A stretch of DNA of 64,000 nucleotides from an uncultured delta proteobacterium (GTDB lineage: Bacteria; Desulfobacterota; Syntrophia; Syntrophales; UBA2185), in contig CAVOID010000004.1 in assembly GCA_963695875.1 (NCBI GenBank), positions 246,151 to 310,150 of the forward strand, given 5' to 3'. A model generated the notes under the pieces. It saw only the letters and a list, made by a program, of their open reading frames with translations. It ran no database searches and was not told the origin of the DNA. Numbering within the stretch: the first letter of the stretch is position 1; every line of letters begins with the position of its first letter. Position numbers and translations under genes: made by a program. Shown piece by piece: positions 10,274 to 21,494 of the stretch.

Positions 10274-11125
10274 TTACGTCGCCCTTGATGTCGCCTTTTT
10301 CTTTTGCTCCCATTTAAACATATAAACACCTGCGCCTGCAATGATCATCAATATACAGAGCAGTTGTCCCATGCTGATGATTCCCCATATCAAGCCCAGT
10401 TGCATATCCGGCTCCCGGTAAAACTCAATAATGAAGCGAACAAGTCCGTAACCGATGATATACAGGGCAAAGAGAAAGCCGTCAAAAGAGCCTTTTTTCC
10501 TGATACTCCAGAGGATTATGAAAAGGACGAGTCCCTCGAAAAGGGCCTCGTAAAGCTGCGAAGGATGGCGGAGCTGGTGTGAATAATCAAGGGGGAAATA
10601 CATACCCCACGGCATACTGGTGACCCGGCCGTAAAGCTCACCGTTAATGAAATTGCCGATTCTTCCGAAGGTGTATCCGAGTGGAATGGCAGGACAGATG
10701 AGATCGGCAAAGCGCCAGAAGTCTATCTGATGTTTACGGCAAAATATAATTGATGATATAAGGATGCCAATAGCTCCTCCATGGTAAGACATACCACTGA
10801 TACCGACATATCGCATACCATGAGCAAAATCAAACGGGAGGATAATCTCAAGGGGAAATTTCAAGTAATAGTCAAAATTGTAGAAAAGGACGTAACCTAA
10901 TCTTGCCCCAAAGATGAGCCCGATGATGGCCCACATAAAGAAATCCTGAATGATGTCTGTTGAATAATTATATTTTTCGCGTTTTATCCGGTATGAAACA
11001 AGGATATAGGTCAGCAGGAAGGCGATAATATACATAAGACTGTAATAGCGTATCTGAAAGGAACCGATCTCAAAGATATTCGGACTGATATGTTCAGGAA
11101 GATATTGCCAGCTAATAGGATTCAC
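10274..11125 (-). CDS. lgt: Prolipoprotein diacylglyceryl transferase
   Basis: GARLGYVLFY, GMSYHGG, GRIGNFINGELYGR and HPSQLYE motifs. Confidence 0.97.
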   Translation of the reverse strand: MNPISWQYLPEHISPNIFEIGSFQIRYYSLMYIIAFLLTYILVSYRIKREKYNYSTDIIQDFFMWAIIGLIFGARLGYVLFYNFDYYLKFPLEIILPFDFAHGMRYVGISGMSYHGGAIGILISSIIFCRKHQIDFWRFADLICPAIPLGYTFGRIGNFINGELYGRVTSMPWGMYFPLDYSHQLRHPSQLYEALFEGLVLFIILWSIRKKGSFDGFLFALYIIGYGLVRFIIEFYREPDMQLGLIWGIISMGQLLCILMIIAGAGVYMFKWEQKKKATSRAT

Positions 11126-12080
11126 CTTTCAACTCCTCGACATAAAGCTGGGCGGAGAATGCTGCCGTTGCCCCATCTCCGCACGCAGTAATGACCTGGC
11201 GAAGGCTTTTTCTTATGCAGTCGCCGCCGGCAAATATTCCTTTTGCCGAAGTCTTCATATTCTCATCTACAATTATATATCCCCCGTTATCAATATCTAC
11301 GATACCACGGACCATATCTGTCTTTGGAATCAGGCCCGTGAATATAAATACCCCTGCGGCGGATATCTCCGTAGTAACATCGGTGGATTTGACATCTCTA
11401 ATCTTCACCTTTTCAACAAAATCCCCTCCTGATATTCCATCAACCACAGAATTCCAGGCAAATTCAATTTTGCTGTTTGCAAAGGCCCTTTTCTGAAGGT
11501 TTTTTGTTGCCCGCAGACGGTCACGGCGATGAACAATGGTCACCTTTCTGGCGAAATTGGTTAGAAAGATTGCTTCCTGGACAGCAGCGTCGCCACCGCC
11601 GACAACGACAACATCTCTGTTCTTAAAGAGTGGACCGTCACAGGTTGCGCAGTATGAAACCCCTTTTCCTACAAAAACATCTTCGCCTGGAACGCCCAGT
11701 TTACGCCAGTACGCCCCTGTTGCTATAATTACAGCCAGCGCCTCATAAGGCCTGTCTTCTGCTTCGACTTTCCAGGCTTCGGTATCACCCCAGTTCTTTT
11801 TTGTAATAGAAATTACGTCCTTTGATGTCACTTCCAGTCCGAATTGACCCGCCTGCTTTTTAAACCGCTCGATAAGTTCGAATCCACTGATACCTTCGGG
11901 TATGCCCGGATAATTCTCAATAAAGTCCGTAACAGTAATTTGGCTTATTGAGGAAGCGCCTTCAAAGAGCAAAGTTCTTTGGCCGGCCCTCGCGGCATAT
12001 AAACCTGCCGTCAGTCCTGCAGGTCCTCCACCAATAATTGCGATATCATAGACATGATCCGGAATATTCACTTTTCCCAC
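11112..12080 (-). CDS. trxB: Thioredoxin-disulfide reductase
   Basis: GGGPAG, ENYPG, CATCDG, GGGDAA and HRRD motifs. Confidence 0.96.
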   Translation of the reverse strand: MGKVNIPDHVYDIAIIGGGPAGLTAGLYAARAGQRTLLFEGASSISQITVTDFIENYPGIPEGISGFELIERFKKQAGQFGLEVTSKDVISITKKNWGDTEAWKVEAEDRPYEALAVIIATGAYWRKLGVPGEDVFVGKGVSYCATCDGPLFKNRDVVVVGGGDAAVQEAIFLTNFARKVTIVHRRDRLRATKNLQKRAFANSKIEFAWNSVVDGISGGDFVEKVKIRDVKSTDVTTEISAAGVFIFTGLIPKTDMVRGIVDIDNGGYIIVDENMKTSAKGIFAGGDCIRKSLRQVITACGDGATAAFSAQLYVEELKGESY

Positions 12081-12227
12081 AGGTTACTCCACAGTGCTTA
12101 TTAAATGAGGGTCTTCTTCGCTGCAAAAAAGATTCGAGGGTTCAAGTGGTTATATCATGTCTTTGAATCCTATACCACCTGGCCGCTTGAATCTTGGATA
12201 TGATAGCAAGTTTCTCTGAGATAATCC

Positions 12228-12659
12228 TTATTTTTTATTCTTAACAATATAATTTCTCAATGCCCGCTGAAAAATAAGAGCTGCAAATAGAACACAATGG
12301 ATATGATCTGCGGGCAGACTTCCTAAATGTTCCAGAATTGAACTTTGATTTATCTTAAAACATTCCGGGATTGTTTTTCCCTCAGACATCTCCGCTGCTG
12401 CATTACATGCGGCAATAGTAAACATACAGCCTTTGCCTATGAATTTTGCCTCATCAACTTTTCCATGTCTTACCCGAAGAAACATCTCCACTTCTTTACC
12501 ACACTCATCTGACTCTTTCGCATACCCATCAGGATTATCAATGATGCCATAGTTCTTAGGATTCGTTCCATAATCGACGACTCTTTCCGAATAGATCTCC
12601 TCAGCCTTCTTACGCAAGATGGCTTCCATTTCTTTTATTATTTTGCTGTCATCCTCCAT
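12228..12659 (-). CDS. NifU/IscU N-terminal-domain Fe-S scaffold-like protein
   Basis: NPKNYG, ECG, GC...A and HIHC conserved Cys pattern. Confidence 0.85.
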   Translation of the reverse strand: MEDDSKIIKEMEAILRKKAEEIYSERVVDYGTNPKNYGIIDNPDGYAKESDECGKEVEMFLRVRHGKVDEAKFIGKGCMFTIAACNAAAEMSEGKTIPECFKINQSSILEHLGSLPADHIHCVLFAALIFQRALRNYIVKNKK

Positions 12660-12817
12660 TAATCTGATACATCCTTTCTAAACCTGTTTTCGCTTTTTTC
12701 TTTAAACGGTTTCGCCGTATATTACAATGATAAATTTGATAATCTTACGTATGATCGATATTAGTTTGGACAAGGATGATGCATTTGTAAAAAAGCAGTG
12801 AAAAAATCAAATATAGA

Positions 12818-12981
12818 ATGACTTTGCAAAACGTCAGTCGCGAAGCATGTCCTTCGGCAGGCTAGGATAGACTCACTGGGGGAGTGAGGCATGCATGGGC
12901 GTACACCTCATAAGTACCCTGCGCTTGTGGAGGGAGGGGGTGAAACACGGCTAATCATTTTAAATCTTTACGAATCCGTCA
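12818..12981. mobile_element. Degenerate MITE-like intergenic element
   Basis: Imperfect inverted termini atgactttgcaaaa / tttacgaatccgtca, similar to the termini of the 49563-49772 element. Confidence 0.5.
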
Positions 12982-13370
12982 CACGTATCAGAGAATATTT
13001 AGGAGGAAATCAGAAAATAGTTGACATGTCTTTTTTGAAATGGTAATTACTCCTTCGAATAAGTGTAGTCCACCATTATTGACAATACAATTGCCAATAT
13101 CCCTAATGCACGATCTAATCAAGTTACGAACTTAATTATGATGATGTTGCAATCAAAATTCAAAAAGAAGAAAATCCCCATAAATATTTATAATTTTTTC
13201 ATAAAGATAAATTTGCTCTCAATGGGAGGTGACAGTTACGTAAATTGTGGTCGTCGTTTCCGATAGGAAATACATCATAGAAATATCTCGTTCAGAAAAG
13301 TAGTACAAAGCACGACTTATGGACTTATTAGGATTGAAGCCAGGGACAATCTCAAAAGGAGACAGAAGTA

Positions 13371-14435
13371 ATGTTAGGTAAGGTAAGTTCAAAAATCAAG
13401 TCCATTTCCAAGCTGAAATACGATGAAAAACCGTTTGAACACTGGGGTCTGACCTCCAACGAGGTAAGAAAAATAACGGAAAAGAAAGACCATGGCCTAA
13501 CTGATAAGAGAATGACCCTCAAGGAAGCGGTAGCCAGATATGTCAAAGACGGCATAAACCTGGGGGTCGGCGGTTTTGTAAACACGAGGATACCCGCTGC
13601 GATTATTCATGAAATCATCAGAAAAGGTGTTAAGAACCTTACCCTCTCTTTCCAGTCCAACTCTATCTGCCTTGAATGGCTCGCCGGAGCCATGATTGTC
13701 GCTCCAGAAAAAATATCCATAAAACGCGTTGAGTTAGCATGGTGGGGTTATGAACTCATCGGAATAGCACCCCTCTGGAGATACCTTGTTACGAATGGAA
13801 TCGTGGAAACCGATGATTATACCAATTATGGCATGTCGGTGCGGTTCAAAGCCGGCGCCATGGGTATACCCTTCATCCCTGTGAGAGATCATGGCGGATC
13901 AGATATGGAACTGGTAAACAGGGGTAAGATGATAGAATGTCCTTTTACGGGGCAGAATATTTATCTCCTCCCCGCCTGTAACCCCGATGTCGGTATCATA
14001 CATACTACTGCAGCAGATATGTATGGGAATGCGAGGATCTTCGGGGCCCTTTGTACATGTCCGGAGATTGCGCAAGCGTCTGCATACACCATCATGACGA
14101 CCGACAAGGTCATTCCCACTGAAACAATTAGAAGATATCCCAATCTAACGGAAATCCCCTATGTATGTGTGGACGCGGTTGTCGAGCAGCCCTTCGGCTG
14201 TTACCCGGGTGCATGCTATGGCTACTACTGGTTTGATATGGATCATATCAGGATGTACAGAGGAATCTGTGATGAGTTCAGGAAAACGGGAAACAAAGAC
14301 GGTCTGAAGAGGTATTTCAATGACTTTATCTTTGGCTGTGAAACATTTGACGATTTTTTGGAGAAAACAGCTGGTTACAAGAAACTTCGATACTTGAGGG
14401 AAATGGATGGCGGTCAGCCCATTTATACCCTGTAA
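13371..14435 (+). CDS. CoA-transferase alpha subunit, glutaconate CoA-transferase (GctA)-like
   Basis: MTLKEAV...DG, RFKAGAMGIPFIP, CPFTG, ADMYGN and VDAVVEQPFG motifs. Confidence 0.88.
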   Translation: MLGKVSSKIKSISKLKYDEKPFEHWGLTSNEVRKITEKKDHGLTDKRMTLKEAVARYVKDGINLGVGGFVNTRIPAAIIHEIIRKGVKNLTLSFQSNSICLEWLAGAMIVAPEKISIKRVELAWWGYELIGIAPLWRYLVTNGIVETDDYTNYGMSVRFKAGAMGIPFIPVRDHGGSDMELVNRGKMIECPFTGQNIYLLPACNPDVGIIHTTAADMYGNARIFGALCTCPEIAQASAYTIMTTDKVIPTETIRRYPNLTEIPYVCVDAVVEQPFGCYPGACYGYYWFDMDHIRMYRGICDEFRKTGNKDGLKRYFNDFIFGCETFDDFLEKTAGYKKLRYLREMDGGQPIYTL

Positions 14436-14467
14436 TGAGCCGCTATATTTAGAAGGAGGTAAATAAT

Positions 14468-15253
14468 TTGCCGGAATATAGTGCCTTTGAGATGATTGCT
14501 TTTACTGGATCAAGACAGCTGGAAGATAAAAAGATCGTCTTTGTGGGAACGGGCCTGCCCATCATTGCCGCCATGCATGCACAGCTTACCCATGCCCCCA
14601 ATCTTTATATGATTTATGAAGCAGGTTCCCTGGCTCCCATCCTGGAGATCGGGATGCCCCTCTCTGTAGGTGATACCAGGGCGGGCCGTAAAGCGTGTTA
14701 CCTGAAAGGACTATGCGCAGTTTTCGAACTGGCGCAGAGAGGATATGCCGACTATGCCTTCATCGGAGGCGCTCAGATCGATATGTACGGCAATATCAGT
14801 TCCACCATCGAAGGAAATTACTACAACAAGCCCGACATCCGTTTCCCAGGGAGCGGCGGCGCTGGAGCTATGGCGGCAAACTGCGGCAAGACCATTGCCA
14901 TTATGGCCCTGGAGAAAAGAAGATTCTGTAAACAAGTAGACTTCATCACAAGTATAGGTTACGGAGACGGCTCTCCTGACTACAGAGAAAAAGCGGGCGT
15001 CATGGGTTCCGGTCCTTACAGAGTCATCACCCAGCAGGCCCTGTTCGGCTTTGACGAGAAGACCAGGAGGATGAAGCTTCTGGAAGTCAAACCTGGATTT
15101 ACACCGCAGCAGATCCAGGATATGGTTGAGTTTGAATTAATCATTCCTAAAAATGTGCTGGAAATGGCAGAACCGACGGAAGAAGATCTGCATCTGCTCC
15201 GGGATGTCGTTGACAAAGAGGGTTACTTCTTGAAGAGGGTTGTCAAGAAATAA
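14468..15253 (+). CDS. CoA-transferase beta subunit, GctB-like
   Basis: FVGTGLP, HAPNL, catalytic-type YEAG, GAQIDMYGN and PGSGG motifs. Confidence 0.88.
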   Translation: MPEYSAFEMIAFTGSRQLEDKKIVFVGTGLPIIAAMHAQLTHAPNLYMIYEAGSLAPILEIGMPLSVGDTRAGRKACYLKGLCAVFELAQRGYADYAFIGGAQIDMYGNISSTIEGNYYNKPDIRFPGSGGAGAMAANCGKTIAIMALEKRRFCKQVDFITSIGYGDGSPDYREKAGVMGSGPYRVITQQALFGFDEKTRRMKLLEVKPGFTPQQIQDMVEFELIIPKNVLEMAEPTEEDLHLLRDVVDKEGYFLKRVVKK

Positions 15254-15456
15254 TTTTATAGAACAAATCCTAAAGAAAGGAGGTTAGGAGAAGTCATTTA
15301 AGAGGTATTATTTTATACACGGTTAACGGAGTCATTGCGAAACGGTGTGTTAAACTGGAAATATCATGTCGCTCGCAATGATAATAGTTTGAAAATCATT
15401 ATTATTTAGAACGGTTTTTTACTAATGTTTTATTTGTTGAAAGGAGGGTTTAAATA

Positions 15457-16721
15457 ATGGCGGAAGAAGTAAAAGCTACTCAGCCAAGATGGGTTCCCCT
15501 TTTATTGGGATTATTGAGTAGTACCACGTGCGGTGCTGCTTTTATATGCGTGGAGTGTGTTCATCAAACCGTTGAATGCGGAATTCGGGTGGACCCGTGC
15601 GGAGATCGCCATGGCCTTCGCGATCTGCTGTCTGATCTTCGGGTTGATGACGTTTCCCGCAGGTCGTATCAGCGACAAGATCGGTCCAAGGCAAGTGGTT
15701 ATGGCGGGCGGTATCATTTTCGGTATCGGATTTGTTCTGTCCGGGTTTATTCAGTCAAAGATGCAGCTTTATATTACATACGGTCTTATTGCCGGTTTTG
15801 GAGGCGGGATTATCTACCTGCCGCCGATTGCCACGGCGCCGAAATGGTGGCCTGACAGACGGGCCCTGGCGACGGGTTTTGCCGTGGTGGGTCTGGGTCT
15901 CGGTTCGTTCCTCATGGGGCCCTTGGCAACATACATTATTCAGGCCCCAGGGATGGGCTGGCGCTACGTTTTCTGGTACTGCGGCGTCGCCATGGGTCTT
16001 ATGGCGCTTGTTTCCGGTGCATTGCTGAAGGTCCCCCCGACAGGGCTGGAAGCCGGCCGGCTGGACTCCGCCAGCGCCTCCCGCGGGTGCGGGTGCTCCG
16101 AAGGTAACCCGTGACTATACACATGAGGAAACCACCAAGTGCCCCAAGTTCTGGCTTCTGTATCTGGCCTATTTCTGCGGTTCCTTTGCCGGTTTGATGG
16201 TCATCGGTCACCTTGCCGGTTTTGGAAGGGATCAGGGTCTGACGGCCATGGCGGCTGCCGGCGCGGTGAGTTCTCTCGCCTTTACCAATGCGGCGACCCG
16301 TGTTCTTTCGGGCTGGTTTGTGGATACGATCGGCATCAGGGTTTATTTTGCCGTGACGTTTCTGCCCTGCAGACGGCGGCGATGGTCTTCATTTTCCAGC
16401 TCGGCGGCAGCGTTTACGGGTTGGCGGCGATTGCCATGCTCATCGGCTGGAACTACGGCGCCATGTTTACGCTGTTCCCGGCCACGTGTCTCCAGTTCTA
16501 TGGTCCCGACGGCGCAGGGGAGCAACTACGGCCTTCTGTTTACGGCGTGGGGTCTTGCGGGCTTTGCCGGGCCATGGATCGGCGGCTATCTGAAGGATAT
16601 GACGGGAACGTACTATGTGCCGTTCCTTATCGCAGCGGCTCTGTGCGCCCTTGGAACTATAATTCTTTTCACGACGAAAGCGCCTGAGAAGAAAAGCTCA
16701 GATTTGCCGTCAACTCCGTAA
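15457..16721 (+). CDS. OFA-family (oxalate/formate antiporter-like) MFS transporter; frameshifted in this sequence
   Basis: [28 protein letters not shown] and [13 protein letters not shown] are spread over ORFs 15457, 15533, 16139 and 16194. Confidence 0.85.
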
Positions 16722-16753
16722 GGGTTTCCTTGTCAATTTAGGTAATAAAAATT

Positions 16754-16790
16754 AAGGCGCCCTGGGAAATTCCCGGGGCGCCTTTTTTTT
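16754..16790 (+). terminator. Rho-independent terminator
   Basis: AAGGCGCCCTGGG-AAATT-CCCGGGGCGCCTTTTTTTT directly after the MFS gene. Confidence 0.85.
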
Positions 16791-16800
16791 GGTAATCTGC

Positions 16801-16965
16801 CAGAATACCACGCTCTGTGAACGGGGATGAATGGCTCCGCAGTATTCGTAAATCTCAAAGGAGCGTTACCCCTTTGTAACCCGAAAGGAAAAGATCCTTC
16901 AGGGAGCCTGAGGGACGTTATCCCTCAGAGGCAGGTGAAGCCCCGCCCTGTGGGTGGGTAGCTAC
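16801..16965 (+). mobile_element. Non-autonomous IS200/IS605-like palindromic element (PATE-like), no ORF
   Basis: Left-end-like AATACCACGCTCTGTGAACGGGGATGAATG, right-end-like GAAGCCCCGCCCTGTGGGTGGGTAGCTAC and an internal hairpin CTGAGGGA-CGTTA-TCCCTCAG. Confidence 0.55.
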
Positions 16966-17065
16966 ATGGTCTACATTATTTTATAAGATATTGACTAAAA
17001 GACCAATATAAAATCCCGAGCGTCTATCATTTTTGAAATTTTGGAGTTACAAGCAATTAAAGGCA

Positions 17066-17671
17066 TCATCTCTTCCACAGGTATGAAACCAATAGCATGA
17101 TAATACTCTTTGCCAATGGTAATGCCCGTATTGCCCATCCTCTTTGCTTATATTCATGCCGAAGTTTCTCATAGGCTTGCCTGAGATGTTTGCGATCACG
17201 GGTCCTTTTATAACCGTAAACTCCTCGTAAATAGGTTGCTTCCGGCGCCGTGTAACTTTTAGGATGCTCAGAGATAATAACATCCAGTTTTTGGATGGCC
17301 TGATCAAATTGATCGAGGTCAAAATATGTTTTCGCAATACCAAATAGTAATAAAGGGATCATCTCTTCGGCAGGTATAAAGCCAACAGCCCGATAATGCT
17401 CTTTACCGCTGGCGTCGAGCAATATAAGAGTAGGGGCTCCTTGCACATTGAAATCCGTGGATAACGGTATTGCGTCAGAGAGTATACGTAAGGGAATGAT
17501 ATTTTGTGTAATGAATTCTGTTACATTTTTATCAGGATACGTAACTGCATCCATCTTCTCACAATGAATTCACTCAGGATTAAAGAAATTAAGGAGAATC
17601 GACTTTTTCTCATTCTGAGCCATTGATAACGCAACGTCAATGTCTGTCTCCCATTTTATCGTACTTCCCAT
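17066..17671 (-). CDS. Thioredoxin-fold protein with C-terminal TPR-like helices; probable selenoprotein (UxxC, Sec34)
   Basis: ATG 17671 has a GAGGGG RBS and reads MGSTIKWETDIDVALSMAQNEKKSILLNFFNPE-U(TGA 17572-17570)-IHCEKMDAVTYP, in frame with tracked ORF 17066..17554. Confidence 0.88.
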
Positions 17672-17742
17672 GATACATCCCCTCGTTGTTTAGGGTGAAA
17701 ATCTATTTTATTAATTATACCACATTACAAAATGAACAGCAA

Positions 17743-20458
17743 TTATCTCACAACCCGCAGCCGTCTGCGCAAATACACCTTGATTGCCTCCATTGAGACA
17801 AAGACAACCGCTCCAAATGCCAGGATTATCCCGATTGTCTGAAAAGTCGGCATTGTAACGCCAAAAGCTTCGCGGACTGCGGGAATCTGGAGAACCGCGG
17901 CGGTCAGTATAAACTGTGAGATGATGGAAACAGTCAGCAACATATGCGGCGGCGCCTGGAAAACGCTGTACCGCATCGAGCGGAAGTTGAAGGCGATGAT
18001 CAGTTCGACGATGATGAACAGAAAAAATATCTTGGTCCGCGCATACGTGATATCGAACAGATCATGGAAGAAGAGAAAAAAGAAAAAGGGGATTTCGATC
18101 AGGAGCGCCATGGCAATGAACACTTTGACGTCCCATGAAAAAACGCTCTCTCTCGGATCGCGCGGAGGCCGTTGCATAATGTCGGGATCGGGCGGCGCAA
18201 CGCCGAGTGCAAGCGCCGGCAAGCCGTCAGTGACGAGATTGATATACAGAATGGCCGCAGGCAGCATCGGCAGGTATTCCGCTCCCATTATGACTACAAC
18301 CCCGCCTATGACGACGACTTCGGTGATGTTGCACCTAAGCAGATAGGTCAGATACTTTTTGATATTATCGTAAATCCAGCGCCCCCGTTCGATTGCGCTG
18401 ACGATCGTCGCGAAGTTATCATCGCTTAATACCATATCTGCAGCCTCTTTCGCGACTTCCGTGCCCGTGATTCCCATTGCAATGCCGATATCCGCCTGCT
18501 TCAGGGCCGGCGCATCGTTGACCCCATCGCCTGTCATGGCAACGACTTCTCCCCGTTTTTTCCACGCCTTTACGATCTTGAGTTTATCCATCGGTGAAAC
18601 GCGTGCGTACACGCTCACCTTGTCGACGATCCGCTCGAATTCGTCATCAGATATCCCCTTGAGGTCTTCACCAGTAAGCACAAGATCGCCTTCGGCATAA
18701 AAGCCGATTTCTCTTGCTATCGACAACGCCGTCAGTTTGTGATCGCCGGTTATCATGACCGGCCGGATGTGCACCTGTTTGCAGATGCGTGTTGCCTCGA
18801 TCGCCTCTTCACGCGGCGGGTCCATCATGCCGACCAATCCGAGAAATATGAGGCCATGCTCAACGGCGTCCTCGCTGCAGCTTGCCTCATCAGGAACCAC
18901 GCCGTACGCAATACCGAGGACGCGGAGCGCGTCCTTCGCCATTGTCTCATTCGCGGCAAGAATGGTGTTATGATCCTCTGTGCCGATGGGTTGCATGGTT
19001 TCGCCATGCATGATTTTGGAGCAGCGCTCAAGGACAACTTCCGGTGCGCCTTTCATGAACGCCATCAGCGTGTCATCCTGCATCCTGTGGATCGTTGTCA
19101 TGCGCTTCCGCTCAGAGCTGAAAGGCACTTCCTCGACGCGTTTGTTTCTGATCCGCAAATCACTCTGGTTCATGCCGGCCTTTACCGCGGCAACGATCAG
19201 GGCACCCTCCGTCGGGTCGCCCTTGATCGTTCCTTTCCCGTCCCGGTGCTCGAGGAAAGCGTCATTGCAGAGGACGCCTGCACGCAGTAAGAGTTCCAGT
19301 GACGGAATAGTGCCGGGAGAAACCTGCATAGCATTACGATCCTTGAAATTACCTTCCGGTACATAGCCGGCGCCGGAAATGTCAAAGAATTTCTTGTCTG
19401 TATAGATTTGCCTGACAGTCATTTCTCCTTTCGTAAGTGTCCCGGTCTTGTCGCAACAGATGACCGTTGTGCAGCCAAGAGTCTCGACTGCAGGCATCTT
19501 CCGCACAAGGGCGTTGCGCTTTGCCATCTGGTGCATGCCGATGGCAAGTGCACCGGTGACAATCGCTGCCAGCGCCTCGGGTACGGCGGCAACGGCAAGG
19601 GAAACCGCAAACATCACCATTGAAACGAGGAAGGCGAAATCGATAGTGCCGGTAAAGGCCTCGCGCGTGATGCTGATTCCCGCAACCAGGAAACAGATAG
19701 CAAATGAGATAATGCCGAGCCATTTGCCGATCTCTTCGGTCCGTTTTTCGAGGGGCGTCTTTTCGGTCTCCACGATGGCCACCTCTTCCGCAATCTTGCC
19801 AAACTCAGTCCGCATACCGGTTGCGGTAACGACTGCCTTTGCCCTTCCGTAACTGACCGTTGTCCCGGTGAAAACCATGTTTTTGCGGTCGCCAAGCCCA
19901 GATTTGCTCCGGTAGACGGGCGGTATGCTTGCCGATCGGAAGCGATTCCCCGGTCAGCGGTGCCTCGTCGCACTTGAATGAATGTGTTTCGATCAGCCGC
20001 GCATCTGCAGGTATGCGGTCTCCCGCTTCGAGCAGAAGGATGTCGCCTGGAACAAGGTCTTTGGACGGCACCTCGGTTTCGTTACCGTCACGGAGCACAG
20101 TGATTGCCGGCGAGAGCATATTTTTCAGTGCTTCGAGTGCGCGTTCTGCACGATATTCTTGGATAAAGCCGAGGACGGCACAGAAAATCACGATTACGAA
20201 GATAAGGGCGGCGTCGAGATGTTCACCGACCAATGCGGAAAGCACGGTTGCGATAAGGAGGATAATGATCAGAATATTCCTAAACTGATTAAGAAAGAGT
20301 GCATATGGCGATACCCGTTCTTCTTTTCTCAGTTCATTGAAACCGCATATTTTAAGTCTTTCCGCAACGATGTCCTCGGCGAGCCCATGATCTACATCGG
20401 TTTCGAGAAGCTCAAGGACTCTATCACTATTCAGAGCGTGCCACATGTGTCGCGTCAT
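17743..20458 (-). CDS. Cation-translocating P-type ATPase (type IIA, Ca2+-like); one frameshift near 19890
   Basis: LTGES, PEAL, DKTGT, KGAPE, TGD and GDGVNDAPALK motifs across two ORFs. Confidence 0.92.
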
Positions 20459-20707
20459 GAATCCCTCCGACTGTTTCGCATAATAAATGGCGCTCCGGTT
20501 TTATTATCATAATACAGAGAGCAAATCTACGGGCTGAAAAAAGAACTCGACATGTCACGCGAAACGGGCTGCGAAAAGGGGTAAAACGGGCATGAGTAAG
20601 AAACATTGTATTAGGATACTCGGCCGTCAGAGTAATCAATGATGACATGAAGAAGAACCTTAAAATAAACCGTCCCATGTAACATTTGATATGAAATGAG
20701 TTAGTTT

Positions 20708-20845
20708 ATGGAAATAATCAGGGCGTTGATTGTTGACGATAATTTTATGATTGCAATAGTAAAATCGATAATGACGGAGGCTGTGGAAGGTTTCCAAGTC
20801 GTTAAAATTTCAAATAGCGTAAGTAAAGCAATGGACGTTCAATAG
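20708..20845 (+). pseudogene. Truncated response-regulator receiver fragment (45 aa)
   Basis: MEIIRALIVDDNFMIAIVKSIMTEAVEGFQVV... stops before the phospho-accepting Asp. Confidence 0.5.
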
Positions 20846-21122
20846 TCTTTTCGATGAGTTGATATTTGTTCTTGACTAGTTCATCAAATTATTTCATCAT
20901 TTATATTAAACAGAAGTAAATTTTAAAGGTATTTACCAGGGACCTCCAAAGTATCAGTTATTAGGACATTGTCAAGAACTCCAAAAGGCAGATGATATGA
21001 GGGTCTTAGCCTTCGATGGCAACCATAATCATAGACGACTTTTTGTTAAAAGGGATGGGACGCCTTCCATCAAATTAGAAAATCCGGCAAAGGTATTAGT
21101 GCACAAAAAAGGAGGTGGAAAT

Positions 21123-21414
21123 ATGATAAGAGTAATGATTGAAAGACAGTGCCAGCCTGGCAAAGAGAAGCAACTCCGGGATCTTATGCTGGAATTGAGA
21201 TCGGCTGCAATGCGGCAGCGCGGCTACATTACAGGTGAGACGCTTCGTGATAGCGGATAATCCCTTCGTCTTCATGGTCATCAGCACGTGGATCACCCTT
21301 GAGGCCTGGAAAGTATGGCAGACGTCCAGACAGCGTCTGTTAATAGAGGAGATGATGGAACCTCTCATCAAGGAGTCCAGGAAGGTACGTGTTTTCACTG
21401 AGGATTATGATTAA
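21123..21414 (+). CDS. Antibiotic-biosynthesis-monooxygenase (ABM) domain protein; frameshift near 21250
   Basis: MIRVMIER...GYITGETL continues in another frame as DNPFVFMVISTWITLEAWKVW. GGAGG RBS. Confidence 0.8.
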
Positions 21415-21494
21415 TGATCAGCAGCTATGTGCTGTATTGTTGATCATTACGAAAACCGGAGTGGTATAAATCCGTGAAGAATAAGGGGGATACT

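Noticed and set aside
16112..16114. TGA ending ORF 15533..16114 as a third Sec codon
   Set aside because: It arises from a frameshift. The true frame reads KVTRDYT and no Cys is expected at this position.
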